NCBI RefSeq assembly: GCF_004010195.1
Contig: NC_057719.1
Coordinates: 93,687,510-93,751,509, forward strand
Length of the DNA stretch: 64,000 nt
Origin: Chiloscyllium plagiosum
Lineage: Eukaryota
Reading direction: 5' to 3'
The notes under the pieces are model-generated. The model worked only from the letters and a program-made list of their open reading frames with translations. It was not told the DNA's origin and searched no databases. Numbering within the stretch: the stretch's first letter is position 1; every line of letters starts with the position of its first letter. A program made the position numbers and the translations under genes. Below, piece after piece: positions 11,996 through 25,386 of this stretch.

Positions 11996-12405
11996 CAGTC
12001 CCTATTGAGAAGTCACTGGAGAAACAAGAACAAGTTTGTGGTCAAAATATTTGTAACTGGAAGAGAGGTCAGAAGAGAACTGGATCCATAAAACCTGTTG
12101 TTAACGAAGGGGTAGATAAAAACTAATTCAGGAACAGCACTGATGCAGATATGGAGACAGGAAATATTTTGGAGGTGGGTGTAGGCAGGATTGATGACAG
12201 ATAGAATACCGAGACATAAGACAGCTCAGTGCAAAAGGCAGACTCGAGTTCTGAACAGTATTGTTCCTTCTTAGATGTTTATGAGTAAGGAGTTTTGAAA
12301 TGCATCAAAAGGAAATGGTGTTAGTGACTCAAAGTTTATGGATTTGCTAAATATAATTAACTGGATTAGCAATAACCTTCAGCATCGTTTATAGAATAGG
12401 CTTAC

Positions 12406-12622
12406 CAGGAACACCAACAAGAGCGAGGATGGGATAGTACCCAACTTGAATAATCATCAGTACGACTTGTATCTGCAACTCCAACCATATCCAATCCCAA
12501 GAAAGAGAGTAACGACCATCCCATAAGCTCCTGTGCTTCATTGGAACATTCCAGTCTCATGTTCTCAGATTATGATACATTGTTGGAACATTCCAGACTA
12601 ATATTCTCAGATTCAGATCCAT
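12406..12622 (-). pseudogene. First coding exon of a GPR139/GPR142-like rhodopsin-family GPCR; TGA at 12557-12559, but open from ATG 12539-12541
   Basis: MDLNLRILVWNVPTMYHNLRT*DWNVPMKHRSLWDGRYSLSWDWIWLELQIQVVLMIIQVGYYPILALVGVP+G|gtaagc. The YYPILAxVGVP motif followed by a phase-1 intron matches the TM1 start of chondrichthyan GPR139-like receptors as I recall them. Confidence 0.75.
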
Positions 12623-12656
12623 TGTTGGAACAGTCTAATGTTCTCTGATTCTGATG
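12541..12656. repeat. 42-bp tandem repeat (~2.7 copies) encoding the receptor N-terminus on the minus strand
   Basis: ttggaacattccagtctcatgttctcagattatgatacattg unit starting at 12541, 12583 and 12625. Confidence 0.85.
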
Positions 12657-13074
12657 TCTGCCTCTCTCTGTAGTTGCTGATCCCAATCATATTGAGGATG
12701 ACGCTGCCACTGATACTATAGGATAACAGGTTTAAAGAAGCCCCTAATTATGGAAGAAGGAAATCCTCTAGTGACCCGGTAGGTCCAGGAAGACTGACAT
12801 TAATCACAGTCACTGAATAAACATCTCCAGTTAACCCCTTTCACAACAACCCTGACATATGACAATGATACTTGGTCTATGTGGGATGTTGTTATCGTTG
12901 ACTATTGGGTGAATAGCACAACTATAATTGTAAAGTTAGAGGTGACGGAGAGAGATGATGCTTTCTCTTCACAATCTCGATGGTTCTACTGTGTTTTGGC
13001 AGGGTAGGAATTGCTGGGCTCCCGAGGCTGTCTGTGTCTGATTACCAGGCCTGCTGCATCCTTTTGATCTATTT

Positions 13075-13081
13075 ATTTATA
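13075..13081 (-). promoter_or_regulatory. Candidate TATA box upstream of the GPR139-like exon
   Basis: Minus strand TATAAATAAA ~450 bp upstream of ATG 12622. Confidence 0.3.
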
Positions 13082-13399
13082 ATTAACTGTAACATTTATC
13101 TGACCACCATTTAATGGCTTAGGTGGGTTTAGGCATTTTGGAGATGCTCCTACAGTGGTATAGACTATGTAGATACAGTCCATTCCTCGTGGTCCTTGCA
13201 GCCACGGCCTGGTACTGTGGCGTGATCGTCACACTTTCCCAGAACCAAGATTCTTAGTTTTATCTTGTGCCAGTTATTGTTGGGGTCTCAACAGGTTTGG
13301 AAGACAGGAAATCTTTCACGGCTGCTACAATGTCCTTCTCAGATTTCTCTCAGAATTGTCTTTTGAAGTTCTTTCCTCCTGGATTAGGGAAATGCATGT

Positions 13400-13730
13400 G
13401 AGACAATCTGTTTCCTGAATTTGTTTTTTGACAAGTGTGTGTTTATGGAAACACTACATTGGAGCAGTTACTGTAGAGTGGTTTAATAACCTATTATTTT
13501 GCTTCGTTTTCCAACAGAACTAAATTATTGCAAGTTCCACTTCCTTTTGTTGTATTTTGTCGACAGTATTTGAATAGATTGTGTTTTGCTTAATGTCGAA
13601 TATTTTGACCAAGTGAATTGTATCTGAAACACAGCACCTCACATTTATCTTTAAAACATTTTTTTTTAATAAAGCAGTCCGAGTTTACCTTCTCCATGTA
13701 TTTTGAGGGTATCTGCTCTGGTCCATAACA
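13400..13730 (+). mobile_element. Probable LTR 3' fragment (Gypsy-like)
   Basis: T-rich U5-like sequence with aataaa, ending ...tggtccataaca. Confidence 0.3.
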
Positions 13731-15129
13731 GAGGGACAGATATTTACGTTTTACTTGGGTAATACTTAATGGACAACATGTTGCAGAAATATGGGTTTTG
13801 GTAGCGGAATGGGCCGAGCTGGAGGAGTGGTAGTTAAGTCAGGAGTTATATCCGATACTCGATCCACCTGTCAGATCCAGCCCGGACATGTATAAGCCCA
13901 GATGAGATATCAGTTCGCCCTGAAGCACTGCGCAGACAAGGCTAGTGTACTGCTCAGCAATCTGTGCAGGATCAAACACTGTTCGGAGCCCACCAGTCCA
14001 CTACTTATCTGTCCAACAGTGCACTGATCTATAAAACTGGCCTAGATAATCTGTTCAGCACAGGGCAGTGTGCAGAACAAACAAGTTCTGTAAACACGGA
14101 CTGGGTATCTGTCTTGCATGGGGAGCTGTGCGGTGAATAGCAGTGCAATTATCTGTTAATCTGGAGCAGCTACCTTCCCAGCATGTACAGCTATCTACAC
14201 CAACCACTGCATTGCTGAGTAACACTGTGTTAGATCATTGCCCAGCGTGGGGAAACATGCAGCTCATGCTGGAAGTGAAAGGATGTACAGCTCCCATCCA
14301 TTTACCGTTCCATATATCCATTGTGGCATGACAAGGAGGTGCTCTGGGCGTGAAACTCACTGTCAGAGAGAGGCCATTAAGCCTCTCAAATCTGCTCCAG
14401 TTTTCAGACAAAGGGAGCACCTAAACACTTGAATGGTCACTCTCTTCTTGAAGACAGGTGCCACTTTGGAGGGTCTCCAGTTTTTCTGGTACACTCCTGC
14501 CATCCAGAGAGTTTGGAATATTTCACTCAATACCACCAGTCACTCTGTTACCACTTCTATTAAAACTAGCTATGGATTGTTGATGACCCGTTTACCCTTG
14601 ATCTTATCTGTTTGAGAAAAGCCTTGTTCGTTTTGTTAAAGAGAGTGCAAGAACTTTCATCCGTCTACGCTTTTGTTTATATTTTTGAAAGTCTTTACGC
14701 CTTCCCCTGTGAGGAATATTATAAAATACTGTTTTAAATTTTCTGCCTGTTCCCTGAAACCAGTTCCCCAGTCGCATCTTACAGGTATCTCACATATATT
14801 TTCCTGCTTTTCTTCCAAGGGTCACACACACACACACATCTTGAACGTCTTTTAATCTATATGAAAAAAAACTCTCAGGGTTAGTTTTTAAAAAATATTT
14901 CTTGCCAGTTTTGGAATATTTGTCTTTGTATTTTGCTTTATACAATCTGCTTCTGGTTCCAAAAATACACGTCCCAAATCTGGCCGATGCTCGAGTTCCC
15001 CAATCTCCCCATTCCGTTTTAGACCAGACATAAGACAGAAATCTGCATTTGAAATAACTGGCTCTTTTTAATCATTCGGCGGAAACTCTGTATGTGACTG
15101 AACACATGATCAGCTGAGAGTGGCTTCAT

Positions 15130-15800
15130 TCTCTCAGTTCCTCTGTCTCTGTCATTTCTGTTCGAGGATGCCACATTCCAGTGGGATGCTTCCTACATGA
15201 CCACCTATTCTCTCAAACGAGAACTCTCTTCACTCTGATAGACTGAGCCTTCAGCTGTGACTGTCCCATCTCCCTCAATTCTGTCCTCATTCCTTCCACT
15301 CCTTCCCAGCACAATGATAGATCTCACCTTGTCTTCACTTCCTACTGCAGTAGATTCCACATTCACAGAATCATCCTCCGCCACTTCCACCACATCCAGA
15401 AAGGCAGCACCATCAAACACATCCTCCCCTCACATCCACTGTCAGTATTTCACAAGGATCATGCCCTCTGTGAGACCCTCCTTCACCCTGAACATTTCCA
15501 CACTGCCCGCCCCCCTCCCCCATGGAACCTTCCCATGCAATTACAGAAGCTGCAGCACTTGCCCATTAACCTCTTCTCTCTTCACTGTTCAAGGCCAGAA
15601 TCACAACTTCCAGGTGAAGCAGCATTTCACTTGTACTCTGTCAATCCATTGACCTGTCTTTGCTGCTCACAATGCAGTCTCCATTACGTTAGTGAGCCAA
15701 ACAAAAACTGCTTTGAGGAACATCTCCATTCTGTCTGTAGGAATGACCCTGACCTTCTGGTTGCTCCTCATTTCAATAAACTACCTTGCTCTCAAGCTAA
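15130..15800 (+). mobile_element. Penelope-like element (Neptune-type) linker and GIY-YIG relic
   Basis: GTFPCNYRSCSTCP...FQVKQHFTCT, then in another frame CCSQCSLHYVSE...FEEHLHSVCRNDPDLLVAPHFN. Confidence 0.8.
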
Positions 15801-18800
15801 TGAGAATTCTTTGAAAGTGTAACAAGCAGGTTAGATCAAGGAGAGCCAATGGGAGTTATCGATGTGGACTTCTAGAAGGCCTCTGATAGGGTACAGCAAA
15901 GGATGCTGCGGAGTAGGACTGTGTTAGAGGCCAGGTATTAGCATGAATAAAAGGTTGGCTGTCTGGCAGGAGGGAGAGTGGGGATGAAATGGTCCTTCTC
16001 AGCTTGCCAGCCAGTGACTAGTAGTGTTCTACTAGGATCAGCATTGGGACCACAACATTTCAATGTATTGGTTAATGATTTGGATGACAGAACTGAGGGC
16101 ATTTTGGCTACGCTTGCAGATGATGCAAAGATAGGTGGAGGGGCAGGTAGTATTGAGGAAACAGGGAGCATCACATTTCTTATGATGCTCCATACAACAA
16201 AATTTGTCTGTTCACTTGACCCACCTTAAATCTCTTTATCGACTCAAATCCTCTTCATGCATTGCTTCTCTAACAGTTCCAAATGTACACACAGAAAATT
16301 TGGCCAAAGAAATAGATTTACAAATCGTAGTCAGGAGCTAGGGCAGAGGAAACATCAGGAGATAGAAAAGATGTGTAGAAAAGGCAAAATTACAGTGATT
16401 GGGGGTATTTCAATATGCAGGTGGACTGGGAAAATTAGGTTCGTAGTGGTTTGCAAGGAAAGGAATTCGTGGAATGTCTACGAGATGTCTTTTTGGAGCA
16501 GCTTATAGTGCAGGCAACAAGGAAACGGGGAATACTGGATTTAGTGTGTGCAATGAGACAGACTTGATCAGGGAGCTTAAGATAAGGAAACCTTTATGAG
16601 GCAGTGATCATAATATCATTGAACCTACTCTGCAATTTGAGAGGGACAAGATAGAATCAGCTAACAATATTACCGCTGAAAAAAAAACAACTACAAAGGC
16701 ATGAGGGAGAATTGGGTTGAATTGACTGGGAGAAAGGCTAGCAGGAACAACAGTAATGGCGGGAGTTTCTGGGAGTAATTCAGGAGTTACAGCAGAGATT
16801 CATCCCAAGCTAAAAGAAGCATGGTATAGGGAGGATGAAGCAACAATGGGTGAGAGGGGAAATCAGGGTTAGCGTAAAAGCAAAAGCGAAATCAGATAAT
16901 ATGGCAAATGCCAGTCAGAAACCAGAGCATTTGGAAACTTACGAATACCAATAGAGGGCAACAAAATACGAAATAGGCGGAAGAAAATTAAGTATGAGAG
17001 TAAGCTCGCCAGTAATATAAAAGAAGACTGCAAGAGTTTCTTTAAATATATAAAGGGCAAAAGAGAGGCAGAAATGGACATTGGGACGCGGAATACGATG
17101 CTGGAGATATAGTAATGGGGAACAAATAATGGTTGAGAAAGTGAACAATTATTTCACGTCAGTTTTCACAGTGAAAGACACGAATAGTATACCACAAATT
17201 CAAGATAGCGAGGGGACAGAACTTGTTAGGAGAAATTGCTCCAAAAACTAAATGGGCAAATAAACTGGACAAGATGGATGATATCCCAAGTTCCAAGGGA
17301 GATAGCTGAAGAAATGATGGAGATATTTGTGGAGGTCTTTCATGAATTTCTAGAATCAGGGAGAGGCTCAGAAGACTAGAAATTTGCTAATGTGGGAATA
17401 AGGCAAAAGGGAATAAGGCAAATGGCAGAAAGTGACAGATCAATTAGCCTAACCTCAGTCGTGTGTAAGATCCTGGAATCCATTGTGAAGGATGAGATTT
17501 CTGAATTCTTGCAAGTGAATTGTAAAATTGGGCAATGTCAGTATGGTGTCATCAAGGGGACGTCATGCCTCATAGATTTGTAAGAGTTATTTGAGGATGT
17601 AACAAGCAAGTGAGACAAAGGAAAGTCAGTGGATGTTATCCACCTGGACTTCAAGAATGACTTGGACAATGTGCCACACAGGAGGCTGCTGAGTAAAATA
17701 AGGCCCCCTTTCGCTAGAGGCAAGGTACGAGTATGTGCAGAAGCTTGGCTGTCTGGCAGCATGTAGAGAGTGGGGATAAAATTGACCTTCGCAGGATAGC
17801 AGCCGATGACAACTGATGTTTCACAAGGCTGTGTTGGGACCACAAAATTTCACTTTGTACACTAACGATTTATATTAAGGAACTGAGGGAATTCTGGCTA
17901 GTTTTTTAGATGATACAAATGTAGTTAGAGGGGCAGGTAGCATTGAAGAGGCAGAGAGGCTGCAGAAGGATTTAGACAGGAGAGGAGAGTGCGCAAAGAA
18001 GCGACAGATGGAGTTCACCTTGGGATCGCGTGAGGTGATGCACTTTGTGAGGAGGAAGAGAGGCATGGACAATTTCATAAAGGGAGAGAAAATTCAGAAG
18101 TCTGAAGTGCAAAGAGAGTTGCGAGTTCCAATCCAGGATTGTGTCAAGGTAAACTTGCAGGTTGAGTCAGTAGTTGGGAAGGTGTTGTATCTGCTGCACA
18201 GTGTGTTCAAAGTCTTATAATCAGCAAACTAACTCTGAGTCAACTCTTACAAACAATAATATTTATTTATTGAGCACAATCAAGGTTAGTACAATAAAGT
18301 TTACTATAAAGTAATGAAAAACACTGCAAACTGTCTTATGTTTTAACTTAACTTTGGCTGATTGTGTACCACCACACTAGAACTCGGCCAAGCCATGGTG
18401 ATTCCTTCTTGTTGTTCCGATAGTCTTGGAGTTGTCTTCTTTCTCAGTGGTTATCCTCCAGGTACCGCAGTCTGTGGGGTTTTGAGGCGATTCTTATCCT
18501 TCCAAGTCTTCAAGCCCTTGGGAGGGTATGGAGGATCTGCCAATGGAATGATCAAGTTCATTTACCCTGATCAATCAGACTCAACCAGGGGTCAGCATAT
18601 TGATGGCCCAAGGGCGGCATTCCTTTGTACAATTCAGGTCCAACTTCAGGTGTGTAATGCAGGGTCTGTAGCTGTCAGGTTTGTTTACAAACAGTCTGTG
18701 GGAGAACTGCAGCCTGTCCGGATTCTGCAGCATGTGGATTAGCACAGAGACTTGAGTCAAGGCTGGGATCCATTTCCCAGCATGCTTTATTCATTGTTTA

Positions 18801-19155
18801 TTTTTGTAACTCCATGGTAAGATTACTATTGTCTACCATATGTTCATTGTTTCGGGTGGCTTATCCAGTCAGAAAGACAAATACAGTGATGGCATTTATT
18901 TTGAGAGGACTTGAACATTAAAGCAGGGATGGACGTCTGAGGCTTTACAAGGCTCTGATTAGACCATATTTGGAGTATTGTGCGATAGCATCATTTAAGA
19001 TATATCTCGACAGATTCATGAATGGGCAAGAAGCAAAGGGATGCAGATACTTGGAAATTAGACGGCAGGTTTAGATGGAGGATCTGGATAGGTGCAGGCT
19101 TGGAGGACTCAAGGGCCTGTTCCTGTACTGTAATTTACGTTGATCTTGTTCTTTA
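15800..19155 (+). mobile_element. CR1 LINE ORF2 fragments (EN to RT), interrupted by a solo LTR
   Basis: Peptides LADDAKIGG, RSISLTSVVCKILESI and WNVYEM; the sequence resumes after 18871. Confidence 0.85.
18183..18871 (-). mobile_element. Solo LTR (~690 bp)
   Basis: TG...CA termini, imperfect TSD gaagg/gaaag, AATAAA on the minus strand (~18262-18271), and it splits a colinear CR1. Confidence 0.6.
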
Positions 19156-19164
19156 TTATTGATT

Positions 19165-19305
19165 AGATTAGATTCCCTACAGTGTGGAAAAAGACCCTTC
19201 AGCCCAACAAGTCCACACCGACCCTCCAAAGAGTAACCCACCCAGACCCATTTCCCTCTGACTAATGCACTTTACACCATGGGCAATTAAGCATGGCCAA
19301 TTCAT
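19165..19305 (-). mobile_element. HE1 SINE 3' portion
   Basis: ttagattagattccctacagtgtggaaa tail in reverse orientation. Confidence 0.8.
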
Positions 19306-19404
19306 TCTAAAAATTGCAACTTTTCAACTGATTGTCTGCTACAATTTAATAACATAAACCATTGATTTATTTGACAGTGCATGTCAAATTATTGTCATTT
19401 CTAA

Positions 19405-21620
19405 ATTAGTCATAGAAGTGTACAGCACGAAAACAGACACTTAGTTTCAACCCGTCCATGCCGACGAGATATCCCAACCCAATTGAATCCCACCTGCCAA
19501 GACCAGACCCATATCCCTCCAAACCCTTCCTATTCATATACCCAACCAGATGCCTTTTAAATGTTACAATTGTACTAGCCATTACCACTTCCTCTGGCAG
19601 CTCATTCCATACACGTACCATCCTCTGCGAGAAACAGTCGCCCCCTAGGTCTCTTTTATATCATTCCCTTCTCACCCTAAACATATGTTCTCTAGGTCTA
19701 GACTCCCCCAAACCAAAATACTTTGTCTTTTTACCCTATCCATGCCCCTCATGATTTTATAACCCTCGATAAGGTCACCCCTCAGCCTTCTGATGCTCCA
19801 AGGAAAACAGCCCAAGCCTATTCAGGATCTCCTTACAGCTCAAATGCTCAAATCCTGGCAACATCCATGTAAATTTCACAACTTCCGTCCGATTGGAAGG
19901 AGACCAGAATTGCACGCAATATTCCAAAACTGGCCTAACCAACTTCCTGTACAGCCACAGCATGACCTTCCAACTCCTGCACTCAGTGCTCTGTCCAATA
20001 AAGGAAAGCATACCAAACGCCTTCTTCACTATCCTACCTACCATGACTCCACTTTCAAGGAGCTATGAACATACACTCCAAGGTGTCTTTGTTCCCCAAC
20101 ACTTCCTAGGATCTTACCATTAAGTGCATAAGTCCTGCTAACATTTGTTATCCCAAAATGCAGCATCTCGCAGTTATCTAAATTAAACTCCATCTGCCAC
20201 TCTTCAGTCCATTAGCCCATCTGGTCAAGACCCCGTTGTAATTCGAGGTAACCTTCTTTACTGTCCACTACTCCTCCAATTTTGGTGTCATCTACAAACT
20301 TACTAACCAAAACTCCTATATTCACATGCAAAACGTTTATACAAATGACAAAAAATAGTGGACTCAACACGGATCGCTGTGGCACTCCACTGGTCACAGG
20401 CCTCCAGTCTGAAAAACAACCCTCCACCACCACCCTCTGTCTTCTACCTTTGAGCTAGTTCTGTGTCCAAATGGCTAGCTCTCCCTGTATTCCATGACAT
20501 CTAACCTTGCAAACCAGCCTCCCATGAGGAACCTTGTCCAACGACATACTGAAGTTCAAATAGATCACGTCCACTGCTCTGCCATCATCAATCATCTTTG
20601 TTTCTTCTGCAAAAAACTCAAAGAAGGTTGTGAGACATGATTTCCGACACAAAAAGCCACGTTGACTATTCCTAAGCAGTCCTTGCCTTTCCAAATATAT
20701 GTACATTCTGTCTCTCAGGATACCCTCCAACAACTTGCCCACCACCGACGTCTGGCTCACTAGTCTATAGTTCCCTGACTTGACCATACCAACTTTCTAA
20801 AACAGTGGCGCCGCATTCGCCTACCTCCAGTCTTCTGGCACCTCACCTGTGAGCTTCGATGATACAATTATCTCACGAAGAGGCCCAGCAATCACTTCCC
20901 TAGGTTCCCACAGAGTTCTCGGTTAAACCTGATCAGGTCCTGAGGATTTATCCACTTTTATGCGTTTCAAGACATCCAGCACTTCCTCCTCTGTAATATG
21001 AACACTTTTAAAGATGCCATCATCTATTTCCCTACTGTCCATATCTTCCATGTCCTTTTCCACAGTAAACATTGATGCAAAATACTCGTTTACTATCTTC
21101 CCCATCTCCTGTGGCTCAGCACAAAGGATGCCTTGCTGATATTTGAGGGGCCCTATTCTCTCTATATTTACCCTTTTGTCCTGAACATATTTGCAAAATC
21201 ATTTTTCATTCTCCTTAATTCTATTTGCCAGAGCTATCTCATGTCTCCTTTTTGCCCTCCTGATTTCCCTCTTAAGTATACTTCTATTGCCTTTATACTC
21301 TTCAAAGGATTCATTCTGTACTTGATGAATGCTTTCTTCTTTTTTTAACCAAAACCTCAATTTCTTTAGTCATTCAGCACTCTCAATACCTACCAGCCTT
21401 TCCTTTCTCCCTAACAGGAATATACTGTCTTGGACTTTCGTTGTCTCATTTCTGAAGGCCTCCCATTTTCCAGCCATGCCCTTCCTGCGAACATCTGCCA
21501 CCATCAGCTTTTGAAAGTTCTTGCCCTAATACCGTAAAAATTGGCCTTACTCCAATTTAGAACTTCAACTTTTAGATCTAATCTATCCTTTTCCATCATT
21601 ATTTTAAAACTAATCGAATT
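19405..21620 (-). mobile_element. CR1 (HER1-like) LINE ORF2, 5'-truncated
   Basis: NYRLVSQTSVVGKLLE, GVPQRSVLSPLFF, KFVDDTKIGG, RPVLEYCVQFWSP. Confidence 0.95.
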
Positions 21621-22029
21621 GTTGGAAAATAGCAGAAGTTCACAAATTTCAGTGAGAAATTAAATCGATTGATTATATTCAAATGTATAAGAATGATAAG
21701 TCTATTTGATTGTGCACTCTGAGTATGCAATCAGTCAGAAGTCAACCACTTTGCAAATGATAGAGCGACAAAGTATTTATTTGAATACTGACATTCATTG
21801 TGTAATTGTGATCACCAGAATAGTCAGACAACATGTTCTTTCTCTGTACAAAACAAAAGGTGCATTACTTACTTTTGTATCATAAAAGGTCGTTCAGTGT
21901 TTATATGTTTAATTTCATCGACATAGAATCAACTGAATTGTTTTCAGAGATGGTGCAGTTATGGTTAAGTTGAATAATCTTAGCTCATACCTTATTATTG
22001 CCCAATTCACAAACATGGCAAACTCCTGA

Positions 22030-22790
22030 TCATTGTTCTGGTCAGTAAACCCAACACTTTGCATCATGACCGACATTAAAATTGGATTCCAAAAGGCCTG
22101 ATTTCGGGTACAGTGCTACTGGACCTCACAGCTGCCTGTGGCACTGAGTGAGACACTGACCTGCTCCTGAATCTGTCTAGATAGTTTCCAACCTGGGTCA
22201 GGGCAGTCATTCAAACATTCCCTCACAGAGAATCATTTGGAATCCACCTTGAGCAGGAGGAAACTAACCTACAGGCTATCACTGCTCTCAGTGTAGGTAC
22301 AAATGCTTTCTAAATTAGATACCAATGATAGACCAGGAAACGGATGTTACAAATTCATCCTCAGTCAGAGCCTGGCCCAGGGAGCAGATGTATGGACATG
22401 CAGTATCAATCACACCGCAAAACATACTTATTGTGATGACATCTAGCATGTTCCCCAAACTCCATACATATTCCTCTGGACCAGACAGTGTGTGAAAATG
22501 TTCACAACGGACAGTCTTCTGCAGCATCCCGTGTCTCACAGTGAAATTATATCCAATAATGGTACCTTGATATTCAACAGTATCAAAATAAAATTGTGCA
22601 TGTCTGTGGATGCTCAGATCTTAATACTCTGGTCACCCAACATAATGTATCTGAAGGAAACAGGAGCAAACGTCAAGCCAAAAGTCACTTTAATAACTGA
22701 ACTTGGTGGATTTCGTCTGGTCTAGATAACCACACATGTTGTGCTGACACTCAGGTGACCGTCACCATGCACAACATAACTGGAAATTTT
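22030..22790 (+). mobile_element. Old Ingi/Vingi- or RTE-like LINE RT relic
   Basis: DIKIGFQK...GTVLLDLTAA(C)GT..DTDLLLNL resembles the RT motif xLDLTAAYDTVWHxGLLxKL. Confidence 0.5.
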
Positions 22791-22899
22791 GGCCTAATGT
22801 CCCTCCCCACCTTCCTGACCTCACACACCTGACTCTAACACACCTCACTCCCTCACATATTCACCAACTGATGAGAATCTGGAAGCTGAGTGAAACTTG

Positions 22900-24520
22900 G
22901 AACATAAAACAGCACAGCACAGTAAGAGCCCTTCAGCCCTCAATGCTTTGCCGGCCTTTTATACTACTCTAAGATCAGACTAACCTGCATAACCTTCAAT
23001 GTACTAACTTCCATGTGCCTATCCAAGAATCACCTGAAACACCACTAATGTATCTGATTCTAGTACAACCGCTGGCGGTGCATTCCACCTCCACCACTCT
23101 CTTTGTAAGGACCTACCTCAGACATCTCCCCTAAACCTTCCTCTAACCACCTTAAATTTATGCCCCTTGTTGATAGCCATTTCCACCATGGGAAAAGATT
23201 CTGCCTATCCACTCTCTCTATGTCTTTCAACATCTCGTGCACCTGTATCAAGTGACCTCTCATCCTTCTTCGCTCAAGGGAGAAAAGCCCTAACTCCTTC
23301 AAACTTTCTTCATAAGACATTTCCTCCAGTCCAGGCAGCATCCTGGTAAATCTGCACACACTCTGAGCCTTCCACGTGTTTCCTATAATGAGGCAACCAA
23401 AACTGAACACAATATTCCAAGTGTGGTTGAACCAGAGTTTTACAGAACTAAGCCTTAACCTCGCTGCTCTTAAACCCAATCCCCCTGATAGTGAAAGCCA
23501 ACGCACTATATGGCTTCTTAACAACCCTATCAACTTGGCTGGCAACTTTGAGGGATCTATGGACATGTTCCCCAAGATCCCTCTGTTCCTCCACGTTTCC
23601 AGGAATTCTGCCTTTTACCATATATTCGGTATGCAAATGCAACCGTCCAAAATAAATCATTTCACACTTTTTAAGGTTGAACTCTATCTGCCACTTATCA
23701 GTCCAGCTCTGCATTCAGTCAATGTCCTGTTCAACCTACAACAGCCCTCCACACTAACCACGACCCCATCAACCTTCATGTCATCGGCAAACATACAACA
23801 CAACATTCCACTTCATCATCAAAGTCATTTATAAAATTCACAAAGAGCAGAGGTCCCAGAGCTGATCCCTGTGGAACACCACTAGTCACAGAGCTCCAGG
23901 CTGAATACTCTCCATCTGTTACCACCCTCTGTCTGCTATCGGCCAGCCAAGTCCATATCCAGACAGCCATATTTCCCTGAGCCCCATGCTTCCTTATCTT
24001 CTGAATGAACCTTCAATGGGGAACGTTATCAAATGCCTTTTTAAAATTCGAGTTCCACATCTACTGGTCTACCTTCATCAACGTGTTTTTTTCACATCTT
24101 CAAAGAATTCAATAAGGTTTGTGAGGGATTTCCTGTTCATCACAAAGCCATGCTGACTATCTCTAATCAAACTATGGTTTTCTAAGTAATTGTAAATCCT
24201 GTCTCTCAGAATCGTCACCAATACCTTGCCCACCATTGCTGTAACACTGACCGTTCTGTCATTCCCAGGGTTATCCCTATTCCTTTCCTGATCAAAGGAA
24301 TAACATTTGCTACCCTCTAATCATCTGGCACTACTCCAGTGGACAGTGAGGACGCAAAGATCATCACTAAAGGCACACCAATCTCGCCTGTCACTTCCTG
24401 GAGTAACCAAGGGTATACCCCATCTGGCCCAGGGGTTTTATCTATCCTTACATTTGTACTTCAATCAGTCTGTACCTCCCCTCAACTTGTCTACACTCTG
24501 TCCAACCAACTGATTGACTG
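22900..24520 (-). mobile_element. CR1 LINE ORF2, 5'-truncated
   Basis: [29 protein letters not shown]. Confidence 0.95.
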
Positions 24521-24621
24521 TCTTCCATTTCATTGCGATATATAGTGCTACCTTCCTGAGCAAGTACGGTTCCCAAAGTCCTGTGAATCACTGAATCAAC
24601 AAAAAAGGAATGCACCAATGC

Positions 24622-24750
24622 CTTCCTGATGAAGGGCTTATGTCCGAAACATCAACTCTCATGGTCCTCGTATTCTGCCTGACCTGCTCTGCTATCCCAG
24701 CACCAGACGTTTCGACTCTGATCTCCATCAACTGCAGTCGTCACTTTTTC
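24622..24750 (+). mobile_element. Penelope-derived repeat with a hammerhead core
   Basis: CTGATGA-A-GGGC-TTAT-GTCC-GAAA-CATC at 24626-24653. Confidence 0.75.
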
Positions 24751-25386
24751 CATTACTGAAGGCTGTCGCCTCTGCACACTGAGTTCGGAATTAACCATCA
24801 GAAACTGATTTTATGTAGAGCTGACTGTTCAGTTCTTGAAGGTTGCATTTGATGAATACATTTTTAAAACAAAAAAAGAAATTACAGTTCAACAAATATT
24901 CATTCAGTCCCAGAGTTACAGTTTTGGTTCATGGTTTGGGCAGCCTGATAAGAAATAGTGAATGACTGAAGAACTCCGAGGTACAGAGTTTTTCAGGTGT
25001 TATATTCCAGCTTACGTTGATGCTGGGAATATTATCAGACAGACTGATGTGATAATGGAATGAGTTGACATGTGGAGTTGTGACATATTTGCCATCACAG
25101 AGAAGTGTTTGAGGGAGGTCAGGGCTAACAACTCAATATTCTGTTGTACTGGAATTATAGGTAGGACAGGAGAGGGTGTTAAAGAGGAGGTGGTATTGCA
25201 TTATTAATTAAGGAGTCAGTTACTGCTGAAAGGATGGACCATATCTTGGAAATGTCTTCAAATGAGGCTTTGTGGGTCGAGATTAGCATCACAACGATGA
25301 CAGACACACTGCTGGGGATGTTTTATACAGCCCCAGAAAGATGAAACTACAGGAGCAGATATATAACTAATTGACTGAGGTGTGTA

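Noticed and set aside
12820..13010. Plus-strand open stretch (..TLTYDNDTWSMWDVVIVDYWVNS..) as a viral or env relic
   Set aside because: No recognisable motif, short, and it lies in the upstream region of the minus-strand GPCR exon.
21990..22097. Minus-strand exon candidate AFWNPILMSV...
   Set aside because: Overlaps a plus-strand LINE RT motif (VLLDLTAA) and has a poor acceptor.
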